DNA from: Eledone cirrhosa | Taxonomy: Eukaryota | DNA: 64,000 nt | Reading direction: 5' to 3' | NCBI GenBank assembly: GCA_964016885.1 | Contig: OZ024740.1 | Location: 96,534,001-96,598,000, forward strand | Part shown: positions 40,110-54,795 of the stretch, in pieces | How the letters are laid out: each line of letters begins with the position of its first letter | Numbering within the stretch: the first letter of the stretch is position 1 | Made by a program: the position numbers and the translations under genes | Notes under the pieces: generated by a model | The model's database searches: none | Told to the model about the DNA's origin: nothing | The model's input: the letters and a program-made list of their open reading frames with translations, nothing else

Positions 40110-40309
40110 GCGTATGTCTGAGTGCGTGTGTGTGGGGGCGTGTGTGCATGCGGAGGGGTGTATGTGTGCAGGTTATAAGTAGGAAAGCAATGTTCAACCT
40201 ATTGCAAAAACGGTTAGGTTTCGGGATCCAAATGTTAACACCACTATATAATGGAGGAGCCATTCGAATAATGGTTCCTTATCAGGCGATAGGACAAATA
40301 TTTAACATA

Positions 40310-40540
40310 GTGACTTATATATATCGCCATTGATCGACTTTCGTGAAATCGGACCGAGAAAAAATGTTTCCGTTGGTCTTTCCAATTGCTAATACTATCT
40401 ATCGGTCGCAGCTCCAGGTAGAAGAAGGAACGTGAAATAAAGTGTCTTGCTCGAGGACATAACGCATCGCACGGCCTAGGAAGCGAACTCACAATCTCAC
40501 GATTGCGAATCCAATTTTCTTAACACTCAGCTACGCGCCT
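40310..40540 (-). mobile_element. Second tRNA-derived SINE family, decayed
   Basis: Minus-strand head aggcgcgtagctgagtgttaga...gtgagttcgcttcc with A/B-box-like motifs, then gtcctcgagcaagacactttatttcacgt; resembles cephalopod SINEs as I recall them. Confidence 0.65.
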
Positions 40541-43500
40541 GTATGTGTGTGCGGGTGCATGAATGTAGAATGAGCTAACTTTTAGTTTCTGCGTCACATA
40601 TTCCACCCAAATGCGTATGATTCGCAAAAAGCAATGATGTCATACATTCTAATTGATCAAGCCAGGAATCCAAGGCTGTTAAATCACATAGACTCATCTG
40701 TAATTTATAGATATAGCATTCCAAACTTATCTGTGCATGATATTATATGTGTGCGTGTCTAGGCAAAGTATATTAATAAATATAAATATATCTATGTAGC
40801 ATAGAACATAGAACACGAAAGATATTCTAAAACTGTGCTTCATAGAAAATGTTTAGTTATGTCAAAGCAACTATTTACCTTCGGGAATCAGCTAGAAAAT
40901 CGCGAAAGAAATATTAAAATCATAAAAATAACGATGAAATTGGAAAGAAGTTTTATGGTTTCTGTTTCAAGTACAATACATGAGATGATACAAGCCTAAA
41001 ATGAAAGAGGACACTTCTGCGTTTCCTTTTGCTATCAGGATTCATGCACGAAATATGAGCTTACTTTTCTCTACTCAAAATTGTATAATTATCTTCAATT
41101 TCAGTTGAATTTCTATCAATATGTATCGTCAAGTCTGCGTCTAATGTACAGTCTGAGATCAATTGGTCATATTTGTTTCATGTTTACAGTGTGTCCAAAC
41201 CATGATTTTGCTCAAGAGAGACAAAACCGTCAATATAGAATCTACTAATCACATATATATCTTGTTTTATCTTCGAAATCTCACCTAGGATATGATTCCT
41301 TATGGAACATAATGCCTGAACCAACATTGTTAGTTACTCCAAAGGAAAACCCAAATCTACTCGTCATTTAAGTATTACAATACACAGGCCTGTTCGTTGA
41401 TTATTGGAAGTAGTCTATCATTTAATATCTCAATGCAATTGTGGCGATGCGCGTTGCAAACATACATTTCAATATATCATAAGTCCCCCTCCATTTTTAT
41501 TTCAATTAGTGGGCTCACGAATGTAATTTCATATTTTCGATTTGTTTAATACTGACAAGTCAATGCTAATCATATATATTTGTTATGAATATACAATCTG
41601 GATTTAAATTTCAAAATTAAAATAAGTTTCAATTATATGAAAAAGTTTCATATACATTCATGTGAACATAATTGACATTTTTCTGGTCTTAACCACCCCC
41701 TTTATTTAGAATTGTATTTGATATAAATCATTTCTTGTAACGGGCGTGTTTCTTGCAAACACAAATAGTGATTGAAAATGTGTTCACTGAATTTCTGATT
41801 ACACTTTTTAGGTTTTGCACCTGCTGTTTCAGTGCGGTTGTGAATAAAAAGACAAGAACAAATGTTTGACATTAAATTCACTGAGAACAATGCATTACAC
41901 AGAAGGTGAGTTAAAATCAATGCTTTCAGTTCAAGAAAATGAAGAAAAATGTCCAAACATCTGCTGATTGTTCACCACAATGAAGAAATTTTGAAAGCAA
42001 ATATTCTTAGTGGAGTTCGGAAATTAATCTTTCACCCGAAATCATGGGAGTTATTTATTCAAGACATCCAGGTGAGAGAGATAATTGGTAATGTGTGCCG
42101 GATTCTAATTAGGAGCAGCAGTCACTTTCCATATATTGATAATGCCTTTAGAAATTCAAGGAAGTCTCACCTTCCTATTACCCTTTATTGAGGTCTCGTG
42201 TTTTGGTGTAAATTTCTGCTGAGTGCAATTGCATAACATCATATACCAAGCAAAATATGTTAAAATCTAAACACACTTTACTAAATATGTGATGTTAAAT
42301 CATATTCAATACACTGTTTATTGAAAAAATATATTTGTAAAAATATCTAGAAATGGCGCCACAAATATTATGTTGATGTTTAATCAGAAGCTGAAATTTT
42401 TAAATAATATTTATGAACCTTATAGATAGAGAGCATGGGGGGGGGGGGGTATTTGGTTTATTACGCTACATTTTTATTTGACATGAAAACCAAGCTTGGT
42501 GGTGTATTTAAAGTTTTATTTCGTCGATATGTTTTACGAATTATTAGTGCATATGTTTCTGTTGGTTTATTCTTTTAATTCTTGATTAAACAAATGCTAA
42601 CAGTGAATTAAACGCATGAAGTCAAATCTAACTGATTAAACCTGTGATAAAGTAGAACTCTTAAAATAATAGCTGGAAGTAAAATTAATATAATAAAAAG
42701 CCATTACGTGCAAACTGCACAGAAACGCCTAGAGAAAGTGCAATTTAAAGACAGGTATTTCTTGTCATTTTAATTAAAGATGACTAGATACATTCTATAA
42801 ATAACAGCCAGCTGCAAAATATATGGATGGATTTGTGGATTTTGTGATTGTAGTTGTTATGGATGTTATTGATGTTATTGCTACTACTACTACCGAAGAT
42901 CTAAGATGCACTATTAATGAACTTTATCCGAAATTTCTGGCATTATATTAGCATTATAAATATTCGTTAGATTTGATGTTGCATCTGTTACGGTTTCTAA
43001 TGATGATGACGATAATACATCATCTAATATTCCTTCCAACATTGACTTCCTTCGTACAAGGAGAATTTCGGCGTCTTTATTCAGCGAGTTCGTTCAAATA
43101 TATTTCCCACAGGCCGATCTTGGCAAGGTAATTGTTATACATCAAAAATTACACAATCATCATATGTTCACTTAGCACTAGGTTAGCGATTCAGATACTT
43201 CCTCACAAATTACTCGCTTTGTGTTTGACTAATCTGCACGACCTGTACTGTTACACTCCTTCTTATATACATTTTTCTATAGCAGTTTGGAAATAATGAA
43301 AGTGAATCTTAAGCATGGTCTTAGAGGTGATGGCTGGAAGGGAACGCATTTCCAGGTCCACTTAATTTAGCTTTGAATGGCGTTATACCTCAGTGTGCAC
43401 AACTTTGTATGTCTTTGGTTATGTTGATTTTATACTACAGAAAAATCAAAACATGTTCTAAATAATTGATGGGATTTGTATGAACATCAGAATGTATTGG

Positions 43501-46500
43501 TACGTTGTGCAGGCTACTCAAATGAGAGATAAACTTGACCTAAAGTGATTTCAACTTAGAATGTATACTAAATGACTGGAGGGATTTTGTCACTCACCTT
43601 AATATTTAATGAGGTGGTGAACTCGATCTTTTCCTGTGTTTTATATATTATATCATGTCCAAGAGCAAGAAAGTCGAGCCGAAGATTGTATTTGCTTTAT
43701 TTCAAAATTGTCTCACACATAAAGGAAAATGTACATTCGATAAAGTACCATATTTCATATGTACCTCCTGCAATTATTGAAAATAAACCAATTATCGTTT
43801 GTGTCATAACAAGAATTAATTGATTCAACCTGACAGTGGTGCAGCTGTTTTCAATAACACAACATTATTTTCTTTATCAAATAATATATATTTCTTGATT
43901 CAACAGATACATAGAAGTTTATGTTTGCAGTGCAGACGTTAAACGTTTGTTTTTAACTTAAACATTACAGTCAAATTATTTAGTCATATTTATCATATAG
44001 ATACATTTCCCCAAAAGTTTCAAACATATTCTGTAAAATGACATCGTTCAACTCTCAAATAAATTTAAAAGATAATATATTTTGAATTATCCATGATTTT
44101 ATATTTAATCAATGAGATAATCTGTGCTCATGATGATTCATTTTTTCAGAATGTTCGGGAATGGTCGGTTTTATGGCAGGAATCATTGCCATAACGGATA
44201 ATTGGCTAGAAGCCTTACGATAGTGTAACTTCGATAAAGGTATCGGAAACCCAGGTGGTTTTGTGAAACTGTCGACAGGTTCAAGAGATATAAAGTAGCG
44301 TTATAATGACCTATATTATTTAGAATTTACAAACAATTGGCACTTCCTTGCAATATTCCACCGTTTCTAAACAAGCTATTTAAATATAACATAGGGATGT
44401 AAATCATATAATGCCCTAATACAAATTAAGCTCAAAGCCTTCGTGATTCCTGATTTTCAGAAATAGCATGTATTTTATATCATTATTAAATTGTATTATA
44501 TTGAGAACAATTACAAGTAGCGTGTTGATTGTACTGATGGCAATGGTGATTGTAGCAGTAGTAGTCAGGAGTGATTGCGTAGTGGATTTATTGAGGTAGT
44601 ATTCTGCTAGAGATGGGTAGTGAAGTCGTGGTTATGTTGATGTTGATAGGAAACTTTTCACATTCGTGGTAGGTATATATACGCCTAATGGAATATTCAT
44701 TTCATGCTAGTGAAGAAGGAGGATTGTGATCAGCACCATTGTTTGCTATTTCGAATCATTGAATCTGAGTTGTTGATATTCACTTTAAACATGAATGTGT
44801 TTTTGTTTGTAAGAAAAATGTGTCTGGGAGGTGGAACACTAAGGTCCTCAATGTCTATCGTATATTACAGATGAGGACTGTATAAAGAGAAGGTGTATCG
44901 GCCGGACTATTGGGAGATAATAATCAGTTGGTTTGTGCAAAATGTTGTAATGAAACTAGAAAATAAAATTAGTGAAAACTATGCTTCTATGAGCTTGTGA
45001 AGATTGCCTATATGGTGAAAAGTTTAATGACACTCAGTGATACAGACATAGTTTGTGGGCTACAATTTGATGGAGAGAATGGTGTGAGAGGGTCACTTGC
45101 ATACGCGAAAAAATACAAATACGAAAATAAATTCCACAGTGAGAGAATACTCAGTCGCTATGTCTAGATGATTTGATCCTGTAGATAATATGTTACTATT
45201 CCTTCACCGGTTTCTTTGAATGTTCAATATGTATGTCTTACATTAAACGTACTGCAGATGTCAATGTACACATCGACGCTATCTTAAATAATTGTCTACA
45301 TAAATATAGCAATTACCAATTTCGAGAAAACCTTTTAAATGGTGTCAGTTTACAAATTGTATGTTTTGTAAGGAATCACAAATGAAAGGAATGAATTACC
45401 TGTAAAATAAACAAAGCAATGATACATTTTAAATTAAATTAAAAATAAACATTACGAAAACTTTGTATTGTTCCTAATTACTGATGAAGTGATTGGCATT
45501 TTCCTAAACCCCTTAAAACCTCAACGATGATGTCAAACTCTCTTTACATTTGTGGAAAATCTAGTAACACCATTAAAAGAAAGAAGGAATCGTTTATGCT
45601 GGAAAGGTAAACCATCTGCCTTGGTAAAATATTGGCCAAAAGGTTAATTACACATTGCCTTAATTTATATACGATCCATTTTATTCCCGGAATTCTGAAA
45701 ATTACAAGTAGACAAGCGTCGATTAATAACTAAATGTCGCTCATCAAATTATACAGTCAACAATTCTTCTTGGGAGCATCGAATTATTTTATGTATAATC
45801 TATGAACGTGAGAAGATGGAATAGTCAAGGCAATAATTGCTTTCGTTTGACTATATGGGTGTTATATGAAGCATTCTAGAATTAAAGGTGTTTGGTAGCT
45901 CAGACATCTATGTCTATCACTGATATACTCTTACCAATGTATATATTAATCAGTGGTTATACTTCTTTAGTTTTATATATTAAAAGTAGTAGGGCGCACT
46001 CCTTGCTACAATCATAAGATAATTTGAACTGCAAACCAAGCAAACACTGCTCAACGTTTCTTTCCGCGTCGTAGCTTTCGGAAGTAAACTATCCCACTTT
46101 GTTCTACCTAAATGTAGGCATCATCTCGATATTACAGATATCAAATCCAATTACAAGGAATGTTAGCTGATTGAGATTTCAGAATAAGTGCAACGTCATT
46201 GATTTGTTGATAACCTACGCAGAAGATTATTTCATACTATGTCAAATCAACTTTTGATTGCTCTCAAGAAACTTTCTATTATATTTGAGACAAATACTGT
46301 GTTACAATACCTTTAATGGATACTGGACGGCTGCAGTAAAACTGTCCACTTCTACCAGTCAATATGTGTGATAGAATTTGCTCCAGCTGAACTAAAGAGG
46401 CTTGACGCCACAGCAACAATAATGAAACATTATATATCCTATATATCGTCTGTGTCACTTATGTTAAATGGTCGTCAGATTTGAATTGCAGAGGATATGG

Positions 46501-46924
46501 ATAGCAATTAGACATCATTCATTTATGGCAGAAGTATATATATATAACTAATAAAGATATAACGAATCATTTGTCTTTCAAAAAGGAAATATATTTTATC
46601 TTTTATTTTTTTTATTGAAATTCAAATGAATTTGATAAATTAAAAAGTGTTTTCAAAACAAATTTATTTTGGATCGTTAATTGTTGAGAAAAACTTGAAC
46701 GCCAAAATTAATATTTGCAAAGATGATATGTTCACACCATGCACATCGTAAATGTTTAAAATAGCGAAATAAAACATTTCCGCATTTTTATATATATACA
46801 TTATCTTTTACATTCTTCTAAACGCCTGACAAATAATGTATCAAATTGACATTATAGAAATCAAATCAAATTAAAAGCAACAGTTTATCTTTCATATGGC
46901 TGTACATTATATTGATTGATAAAG

Positions 46925-47110
46925 GGCGGTGGATTCGCAGTATCGGTAGAGAGTCGGACGCCATGCTTTGCAGCAAAGAGTTACGGCCCTTTATGATCTG
47001 AATTCAAATCCCGCCGAGCTCAACTTTGCCTTTCATCCTTACGGAGTCGATAAAATAAAGTACTAGTAATACACTGGATAATTTCTGGTGGTGTGCCTAA
47101 AGTAGAAACG
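46925..47110 (+). mobile_element. tRNA-derived SINE with 19-bp target-site duplication
   Basis: TSD attatattgattgataaag at 46906-46924 and 47111-47129; homologous to 9348-9525. Confidence 0.92.
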
Positions 47111-47409
47111 ATTATATTGATTGATAAAGTTTATCCGATCTTCGACACCTAGTGCTATCGATCAATTAACATAGGATTTGTTATTATTATGTTATTATTA
47201 TGTTATTATTATAGATCAACGGAAACCATTAGATTTCATCACGGAATTCAATTACAATAAGCTCATTTGTTTCCTTGTGAAATATATTTTGGGAAACATC
47301 ACATAGAAAAACACATGTTCGTGTCTTTTGCTGAGCCCCTCGACCGGTAGGAGGTTTTCTTCCTACGTTACTAAGTCCTCAATCAGATAATATCATTGGC
47401 ACATAAATA

Positions 47410-47540
47410 TCGCTGGTTGTCGAAATCGTTAAATCGTCCGCCAAAATAGTTTGTCGTGCTTTTTCTAACTACCAATTCCACTGAGTTCAACTTTTATCGA
47501 TCTTCATACTTCTAGTGTTTATAAAAATGAAGTCTCATTG
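47410..47540 (+). mobile_element. Highly decayed SINE relic
   Basis: Patchy similarity to the SINE (aattccactgagttcaacttt...cttcatactt...ataaaaatgaagt). Confidence 0.3.
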
Positions 47541-48391
47541 AGGTATGATAACGATATAAATAAACTGTTAGATAAAACTTTCTGTAGATTTATTCTGGCC
47601 CCATGTTTTCTGTGTTCAGCAACGACAGCAATGATGCCAAGCCTAATCAGCATTTTTTTTCTTTTCTTGGGTAAGCTTAGTGACTTGGAGAGAAATTGAT
47701 CATGACAAGAAAAAAAAGTTAATCATCGAAAAATACATGTCTTTCATACGAATACAGCAGGTGTCGATATCCCTTCGAACCTGCCCACAGATGGATTTTG
47801 GTAACTGAGTATAATTATACAATTCAGCTAATACAATTTATAGAAGCACAAGATTAATTACGTAGTCTGTTGATCAACGATGTCAAAGGTACTAAAATAA
47901 AGTCGTTAAGACCACTCTACAAAACTCGAATTAAGAATCTTATCAAGTTATCGACACCAGCATTTGAGTATTGGGCACGTTGCTAAAGTTCGGCCTTTGA
48001 TTAATAGTAACCTTAACTCACACATATGAAACAATTTGCATAATCTTCTTATGTTGACAACCATTCCAGAATTGAGTTGCATAGCAGGATAGAATATCAA
48101 AACAGGAAAACAATGATTAAACAATCTGCCTGCACACAATATCAGTTGATAATTCTATTTACTATGTTAACATTCCTAAATCTCTATCAGCTCTATAATT
48201 GTTTTTATCTCAGTACCGGCTGGTTAACGTTACTGTTGATAGATTAAGGAATATTGAAACAACTGCCTGGCATTCTCAATGGCCGCCAAGATATCTGTAA
48301 TATGTTCACATGAGAAAAGAAAATAATTCTTTTTTCATGAGGAAATAAATATTTTTGTTTTAAAGCGTGGCTCTCCTGTGTTTATAGTACA

Positions 48392-48430
48392 CTAGCACCA
48401 TGGCCCGACGTTGCTCGGGATTTGCTCTAG
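48392..48430 (-). mobile_element. Helitron 3' terminus relic
   Basis: Minus strand: hairpin CCCGA-gcaacg-TCGGG then CTAG|T. Confidence 0.6.
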
Positions 48431-48561
48431 GGTTCTTATATATTCGATATATAAGTATCCTTATCGAGCCTCGTGATATAATACGTTTGTTTATGTTTTG
48501 TTATTGTGTATGCAAAAATATCTGTACACGAATATATAATTATATATATATATTTTTTTTA

Positions 48562-51269
48562 GCAAGGGAGGACTTAAAGTAGAGTTGGAACTCAATAGAA
48601 AAGTAGTGAATTTCCAGGACACCACCATCAACCTCAACACCAAGCTACACCACCCATATCATAAACCCATTGAGAAGCTGGTGTATATCAACGCTGGGTC
48701 CAATCACCCTAGATCTATAGTTAAGGCCGTAGTTAAGAGTGTCTCTGGCATGATCTCTAAGTTGTCTGCTAATAAAGAGATCTTCAATAGTAACGCTGAT
48801 TATTATAACTCAGCACTAGCTAAGGCGTCCCACAGCCATAGGATCAGCTATAACCCTAAAGAGCATGATCGAGATTACCCAAGGGTTCCCTGGGCCAATA
48901 GCCTCAGGGGCATGAGTCGCCCACCTAATTCCACGGTGACCAGTAGTAATAATCCAAGACCCCTAACCACCACCATCCCCGGTAGAAGGTCCCGCATACC
49001 CCACCGGTCTAATACCTAGAACACTGAAGATCACTGTAGTGCGGAGAATATGCACCCATGCACTGGCCCCACCATCCGCCTGACCCTCGATGAGCAGGGA
49101 GGCCGTACCATGCAGGTTTATAGCGCGACGGTGCGCCCATATAACCCTCATGATAGTGACCGCTCTGCACACCAGAATAACACCAACCGAGCTAGACCTG
49201 AGCTGTGCAAAACCCCTCGATGGACCACGGCGGACACCCACCAATCCCGCAGAATAGACCACGAAGGTCACATGGTAGAACCTCCTCGTAATCGGTGGGT
49301 CTACGTACCAGCCTGGCTAGAACATTCTTTAGAGTACTGGATACATGTTTCCCTAGGGCCCACAGGTACCATAAAATATTCAACAGGCACAGCGTGAAAC
49401 ATTCCTACTCAAGCGACGCTCCGTATCCCAGTACATAGCCGGCATAAATAGGAAGAGGCTCACTGCCTCTAATACCACCGTAAACCCCGGAGCCACCCAA
49501 CGGAACCAGCAAGCGGGACTCACCTGGCCCTGGAGAGGCCCAACTAGCACAACGCAACCCAACGGACCTGTGCTGAATACAGCGGCTACCCAGCCAAACC
49601 CGCATGAAGGTAACCCGCGGTATATGTGCAGGGGCTTAAAATGTCATGCAATTGCAGAGACCCATCACTATGCCCCCTTAGTAATGAATGCATGACGAAA
49701 AACGTAGTCTACAGGTGCAAGGTCACAACCCCTAACTCGGAGCACCACTACATAGGATCTACGGCGACGACCTTCAAAGGTAGGTGGTTTAACAGAATAG
49801 AAAAGAGGAAATGTACGGCCCTTTCTGAATTGATATGGAAGCTCAAACTTGAAAAGACCCGCACTATTTGGCCTGGTCCGTGGTTAGAAAGGTTCCCCCG
49901 AGACAGAGGTGGGACTGGTATTTGCAACCTCTGTCTTAGTGAGACACTCGAGATACTTCATGGCGGCACCAAGATATTAAACAGAAGGGCCGACTTATTC
50001 GGCGCCTGCAGACACCTAAGGACGGGAACTTTCCTCAAACTATATGGATAAACCCCGGTTATTGCCTCCCACAACGCCCTCACCCCACCCCCGTAGGTTC
50101 CCTACACCCCGTACCAATGACCAATGGGCAACAACACCCACCCATAGTTTGTGCTGCCCAGAATAGTTTGTTCATCGGATCCTCTACTGGTTAGGAGTCA
50201 GTAAAACCACGTTTTTTTTAACCTGATGGGGGTGGCCTATACAGAAAGAGCAATTATCCTAAGCTACTAACACTATACGCATGAATGCGTGCCCGCAACC
50301 GTGCGTTGTGTGTGTATACTGGGATTATGTGAATATACGCAATTATGTGAATACAACGAAATACTAACACCCCAGGTTTCATTTGAAAAATGTTCGAGTG
50401 TATACTTAAGACTATATTTGTGTATGCTCTCTTGTATGAATGCACATGTGTATATAGACATACACACGCATCCAGAGGTACAAAAGTATGGGTGGGTGCG
50501 TGTACCTGTATATGTCTGTACCAAGGGATTCGCATAAGCTCCAAAGCCCCTAAGCTATTGCTGTGAAGATATATATGACACTCTACTTTTGTCTAGTCTA
50601 AACAATAACATTTCGAAACACCCAATTTACTTTTCTTTAAAAATGACACCGACCTCGTTTTGTATATATATACGCACTTCTGTGTACATACATATATATA
50701 CACATCTGTATGGATTTGTAGGTGTAGATGTGTGTGTGTATGTATGTTGGGTGGGTGTGAGTGTATGTACAAGTCAACCAACATCAGTCTTTTATATGTA
50801 AACTTTCTAAGTATTTGACTCTAATCATAATGTTCAGTAGTACCACCCCACATAAATTCCTCTAATTAACAATGACTTGTAGTATCGAATTTCATACTAT
50901 AAACCTCAATTAAATATATATCTGACCAGGAATGCTTTTTGTGAAAATCAGTCATATGGAACTATTGCCATCTGGCCTGATAGTTTGAACTTTACAACAC
51001 CACCGACCTCTTTGAGGTCAAATACCAATACTACTAGCATCTACAAACTGACCAATGAAAATTAAGATTATTCCTGCTGACAACATTTAATTATCCCTAA
51101 CGAGCGCATATGTCCCAATGTTCTGAAATCATCAACACCAAAATCACAGAGCTGGTATATCTCAGAACTTATTAACTGCCTGATAAGGTCATAGCCATGC
51201 AATGGCTAGCATCGAAATATATAGCAGCAAATAAAGGATTATGAATTCATACAATTGACTTATGCTTCG

Positions 51270-51272
<3 letters not shown>
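48562..51272 (+). mobile_element. 5'-truncated Penelope-like element (Hydra-type motifs), decayed
   Basis: VNFQDTTINL..PYHKP..YINAGSNHPRSI, CNCRDPSLCPLSNECMTKNVVYRC..HYIGSTATTFKGRW, CNLCLSE; 3' hammerhead plus AATAAA. Confidence 0.88.
51176..51227 (+). ncRNA. Type I hammerhead ribozyme, probably inactivated (G8A)
   Basis: CUGC-CUGAUAA, stem II UAGCCAU/AUGGCUA, GAAAU-AU-AUA^GCAG. Confidence 0.65.
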
Positions 51273-51304
<32 letters not shown>

Positions 51305-51308
<4 letters not shown>

Positions 51309-51710
51309 AAGAAAATAGATGTGTAACACACGAGTTGTGATGTATTAGTAAAAGGAAAAGAAAATGCTGACAATTTTTTTCTCAGTCGAAAATAGTTTAA
51401 TTAGGAATAAGTAAAATTAGTAATAAGTATTGGTTAGTATTCAGTTTTAGTTTTAAGTTTTTACCGTTTGCGCATTTCTAATGCTTGTCCAAAATAATTT
51501 TGAGATAGAGCGCTCGTGATGTTTGCTCTTATCACGAGCGCTCTATCTCAAAATTATTTTTAAAAAGCATTAGAAATGCACAACCGGTAACAACTTAAAA
51601 CTAAAACTGAATACTAACCAATACTTATTACTAATGTATACTTATTCTTAATTAAACTATTTTCCACTGGGAAAAAATTGTCAGCATTTTCTTTTCCTTT
51701 TACTAATATA
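51305..51710 (-). mobile_element. Second fold-back hairpin of the 24093-24500 family
   Basis: Inverted arms ~51344-51520 / ~51530-51710, with the same left tail as 24093-24126. Confidence 0.88.
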
Positions 51711-51721
51711 AATATATATAT

Positions 51722-53455
51722 ATATTTCGTTTCTGAATTTGTTTAGCAAGATTATTTATCTGAAATCGTGTGTTGAAACCGATATTGTTATACTTTGGGA
51801 GGGTCATGTTGCCAATAAGAAACACACGGACCAGTTGCTTTCACTTCAAATTATTATAATAAATTTATAATAAATTTATAAATTTATAAATTTCTGGTTA
51901 GTTGGTTTGTTCCACAACCAGATAGTTGCTTATATATTGTCATAGTTCTTTCGTCACACACTCTATGACCTCTTCAGTGACTGGGGATTCCTTTCTTTGT
52001 TTCTGTGCCTCTCCTTTGTTCTGTCCTACGCCATTTTGTTTCTGTGTGTGTGTTGTGTGCTCAGTCTGCGCATGCACCACATCTAGGCGTCTGTGTGTGT
52101 TTATGTTCATTTATTTATTTGTTTATTTACATGTTACTGGTTGGTTGTTTGTTCTATGTGTGTGTGTGTTTTCATTTTGTTCTTAATTGTAAGTTGTGAT
52201 GTTGCTGTTCCACTCATATTTTCTATTTAATTTTGGTTGTAATTCTTTTATATTTATCGCCTCTGTAATTTGTCTAAACATTGCGTCTTTTCTGTGTGTA
52301 GATTCTATTTTTATTTCTATGTTCTCTAATTTACCCTTGTGTTCTACTTTAGCATGTTGGTAGAGTGCATATGATTCTTTACTATCTTGTAGGTCTCGCC
52401 AGTGTTCATTTATCCGTTCCCCTACACTACGAGCTGTCTCACCTTTGTACACTATATTTTTGTCTCTACATTGTCCTTCAGTACATCTCATGCTATACAC
52501 TACATTTCTAGTTTTACAGTTAATATGGGGGCTTATTTTACAGGTTATACATTTCTTATCTATACATGAGGGTCTTTGAAAAGGGTATGTCTTGCTAATA
52601 AGTGTTTTTACGGAGGTACCTGGTCTTTCTACTATCTTAATATTGAGTTTATGTTTATTTAGGGCCCTTCTAAATTTGTAAGCTAATTCACCTCTAGGGG
52701 TTGTATCGATGAACATTACACTCTGGTATTTATTGCTATCATACCATGAGTTTATTCTATTAGCCTTGTTCCTAGTTCTTTCTATTCTATTCCAAAATTT
52801 GCTCCTATACAAGGGGCAGGTCCCATTTATGTCATTATTTACCATTTATTCCCATTTGGTTCTGGCTCCTCTATACACCTGATTTTATCTCTCCGATGTA
52901 GCCAGAGAACTGCATACGGTGGATGAAGTGTGGTATGTGTCTCTCTAGTTCTTCGGGGTTGCACATGCGGGACACGTTTCTCATCACCCGTACCAAATCC
53001 GCAATCAGTATGTTGATTTTGGTATGGTCCGAAACAGCCGAGTTTCGGTGGATCAGATGTTTGGAAGTCATGGGTTTGGCATAATGGGAATGGGGGATTT
53101 GTTTTTGTTATTAATGGTTTCTAACCAGAGCTCTGTGTCTAGTACAGGTAATCGATGGCTGGGGTGTTTACTAGGGTAGTCTATAGTAACTCTAATGCTC
53201 TGGTGGATGGAGTTAGCTATTTTCTGGATACTTTCCATTGTGTTTTTCTCTAGTTCCTGACTGTTCTCTAGTGGGGGTGTCTTAACTACGATGTTTATAT
53301 CATCAATGTAGCGGGAACCAACCAACCAACCAACCAACCAACCAACCAGAAATTTATAAATTTATAAATTTATTATAAATTTATTATAATAAATTGAAGT
53401 GAAAGCAACTGGTGCGTGCGTATTGGCAACATGACCCTCCCAAAGTATAACAATA
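51722..53455 (-). mobile_element. 5'-truncated Penelope-like element (Naiad-like motifs) with inverted pLTR
   Basis: RYIDDIN, DYPSKHPSHRLPVLD, HYAKPMTSK..RNSAVS..KINIL..LVRVMRN, SVMFIDTTPRGEL, C..CITC..CKTRNVVYSMRC..YKGETARSVGERINEH. 53315-53455 is inverted against 51780-51915. Confidence 0.88.
51938..51982 (-). ncRNA. Minimal type I hammerhead ribozyme (family of 29705-29749)
   Basis: GUCA-CUGAAGA-G-GUCAU..GUGAC-GAAA-GAAC-UA^UGAC. Confidence 0.72.
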
Positions 53456-53606
53456 TATATATATATATATTAGAATAACAGATTAAAGTTTAAGCAAAGA
53501 ATCGCATCTTTTACTCTTAACGGGATCATAGGAAACTAAAAAAATCAATCTGTGAACGCAGAAGAAAATATTTATAAAACACTATATATATGTACACACT
53601 ACACAC

Positions 53607-53705
<99 letters not shown>

Positions 53706-53814
53706 CACGCAAACACACACACATATAGCGTCATAATGTCGTTATTCATTCAGCCAGACATACAGACAGATGTTATAAGGGCGCGACGTTATATCTATGT
53801 ATCTATCTAAAAGG

Positions 53815-53990
53815 AAAGACTAAGAATTATAGGGAGAGATCGCTAAATCGCCTAATGCGGTCTCTATGGCATTGAACACACTCACAGGACCATAAGTATT
53901 ACATGTGTAAAATGTTAAAACAATCGGTGGGTGGCTCTCAAATTTTAGGGAGTCAGACAGACAGACATTCTCTGTTTTAGATAGATAGAT
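53815..53990 (-). mobile_element. Helitron-like 5' end relic
   Basis: Minus strand starts TCTATCTATCTAAAA..atgtctgtctgtctg..accgatt, like the 5' end of the 19216-23399 element. Confidence 0.5.
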
Positions 53991-54384
53991 AAACATATCG
54001 TATCTGTTTTCATATACATAGGTATTGTGTAACGAATACTTTCACTATGGTATGTTGGATATGAAATTATACTTATAAAATAGCAACTTGGAATCTATAC
54101 AGCTGCATTGGCTGTTGCTTCTTTCATTCACCACTCAGAGATATACCTACTATGAGATAAAGGAATACAGATATTTGCATGTGTTTGCATGTATATATAT
54201 ATATATATATACATATATATATAACTAGAGAGAGAGAGAGAGAGAGACAGACAGAGAGACAGAGGGGGACAGTGGGGTGACATCAGGATATTAATGTTTT
54301 TGTTGAAACGGTGAGAGCTCAACCGTCGCCCACCGACACTCTACAACATTTCTATATAAGTATGCACATATAGACCCCCCACAC

Positions 54385-54421
<37 letters not shown>

Positions 54422-54795
54422 ATCGAAGAAACTCTGGTCCATACTATTTTATTAAAGAAACCTGTTGAAAACAAATGCGGTATAAAGAAATAAATTGTGA
54501 CTAAATAAGTTACACGGAAATATTTAACTATTAAAAAAAAATTATTATTTTATTTAGTAAAGTGATACTGTGCGACACGAAATCATGTTAATTAATTCAC
54601 GCGGAGTGTTCAAATTTTCTTTCTAAACTGAAAGCCATAACATAATAGTGTACCATGTTAAACAAATTTTCAACTCAATGTGATGCTCGGAGCGACGGCT
54701 TCGCGCATGTGAAAACAGTGACTCACACGGCTCCCTCACACTCCCTGCCTCTCCCTCTAATATAGAAAGACACATCCCCCCCCCTCCACACACAT

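Noticed and set aside
46925-47020. tRNA gene
   Set aside because: Only A/B-box-like remnants of a SINE head; no cloverleaf; flanked by a TSD.
51990-53337. Selenoprotein-type Naiad (in-frame UGA plus SECIS)
   Set aside because: The Cys positions in the visible EN are ordinary Cys codons, and I could not fold a convincing SECIS between the stop and the ribozyme.
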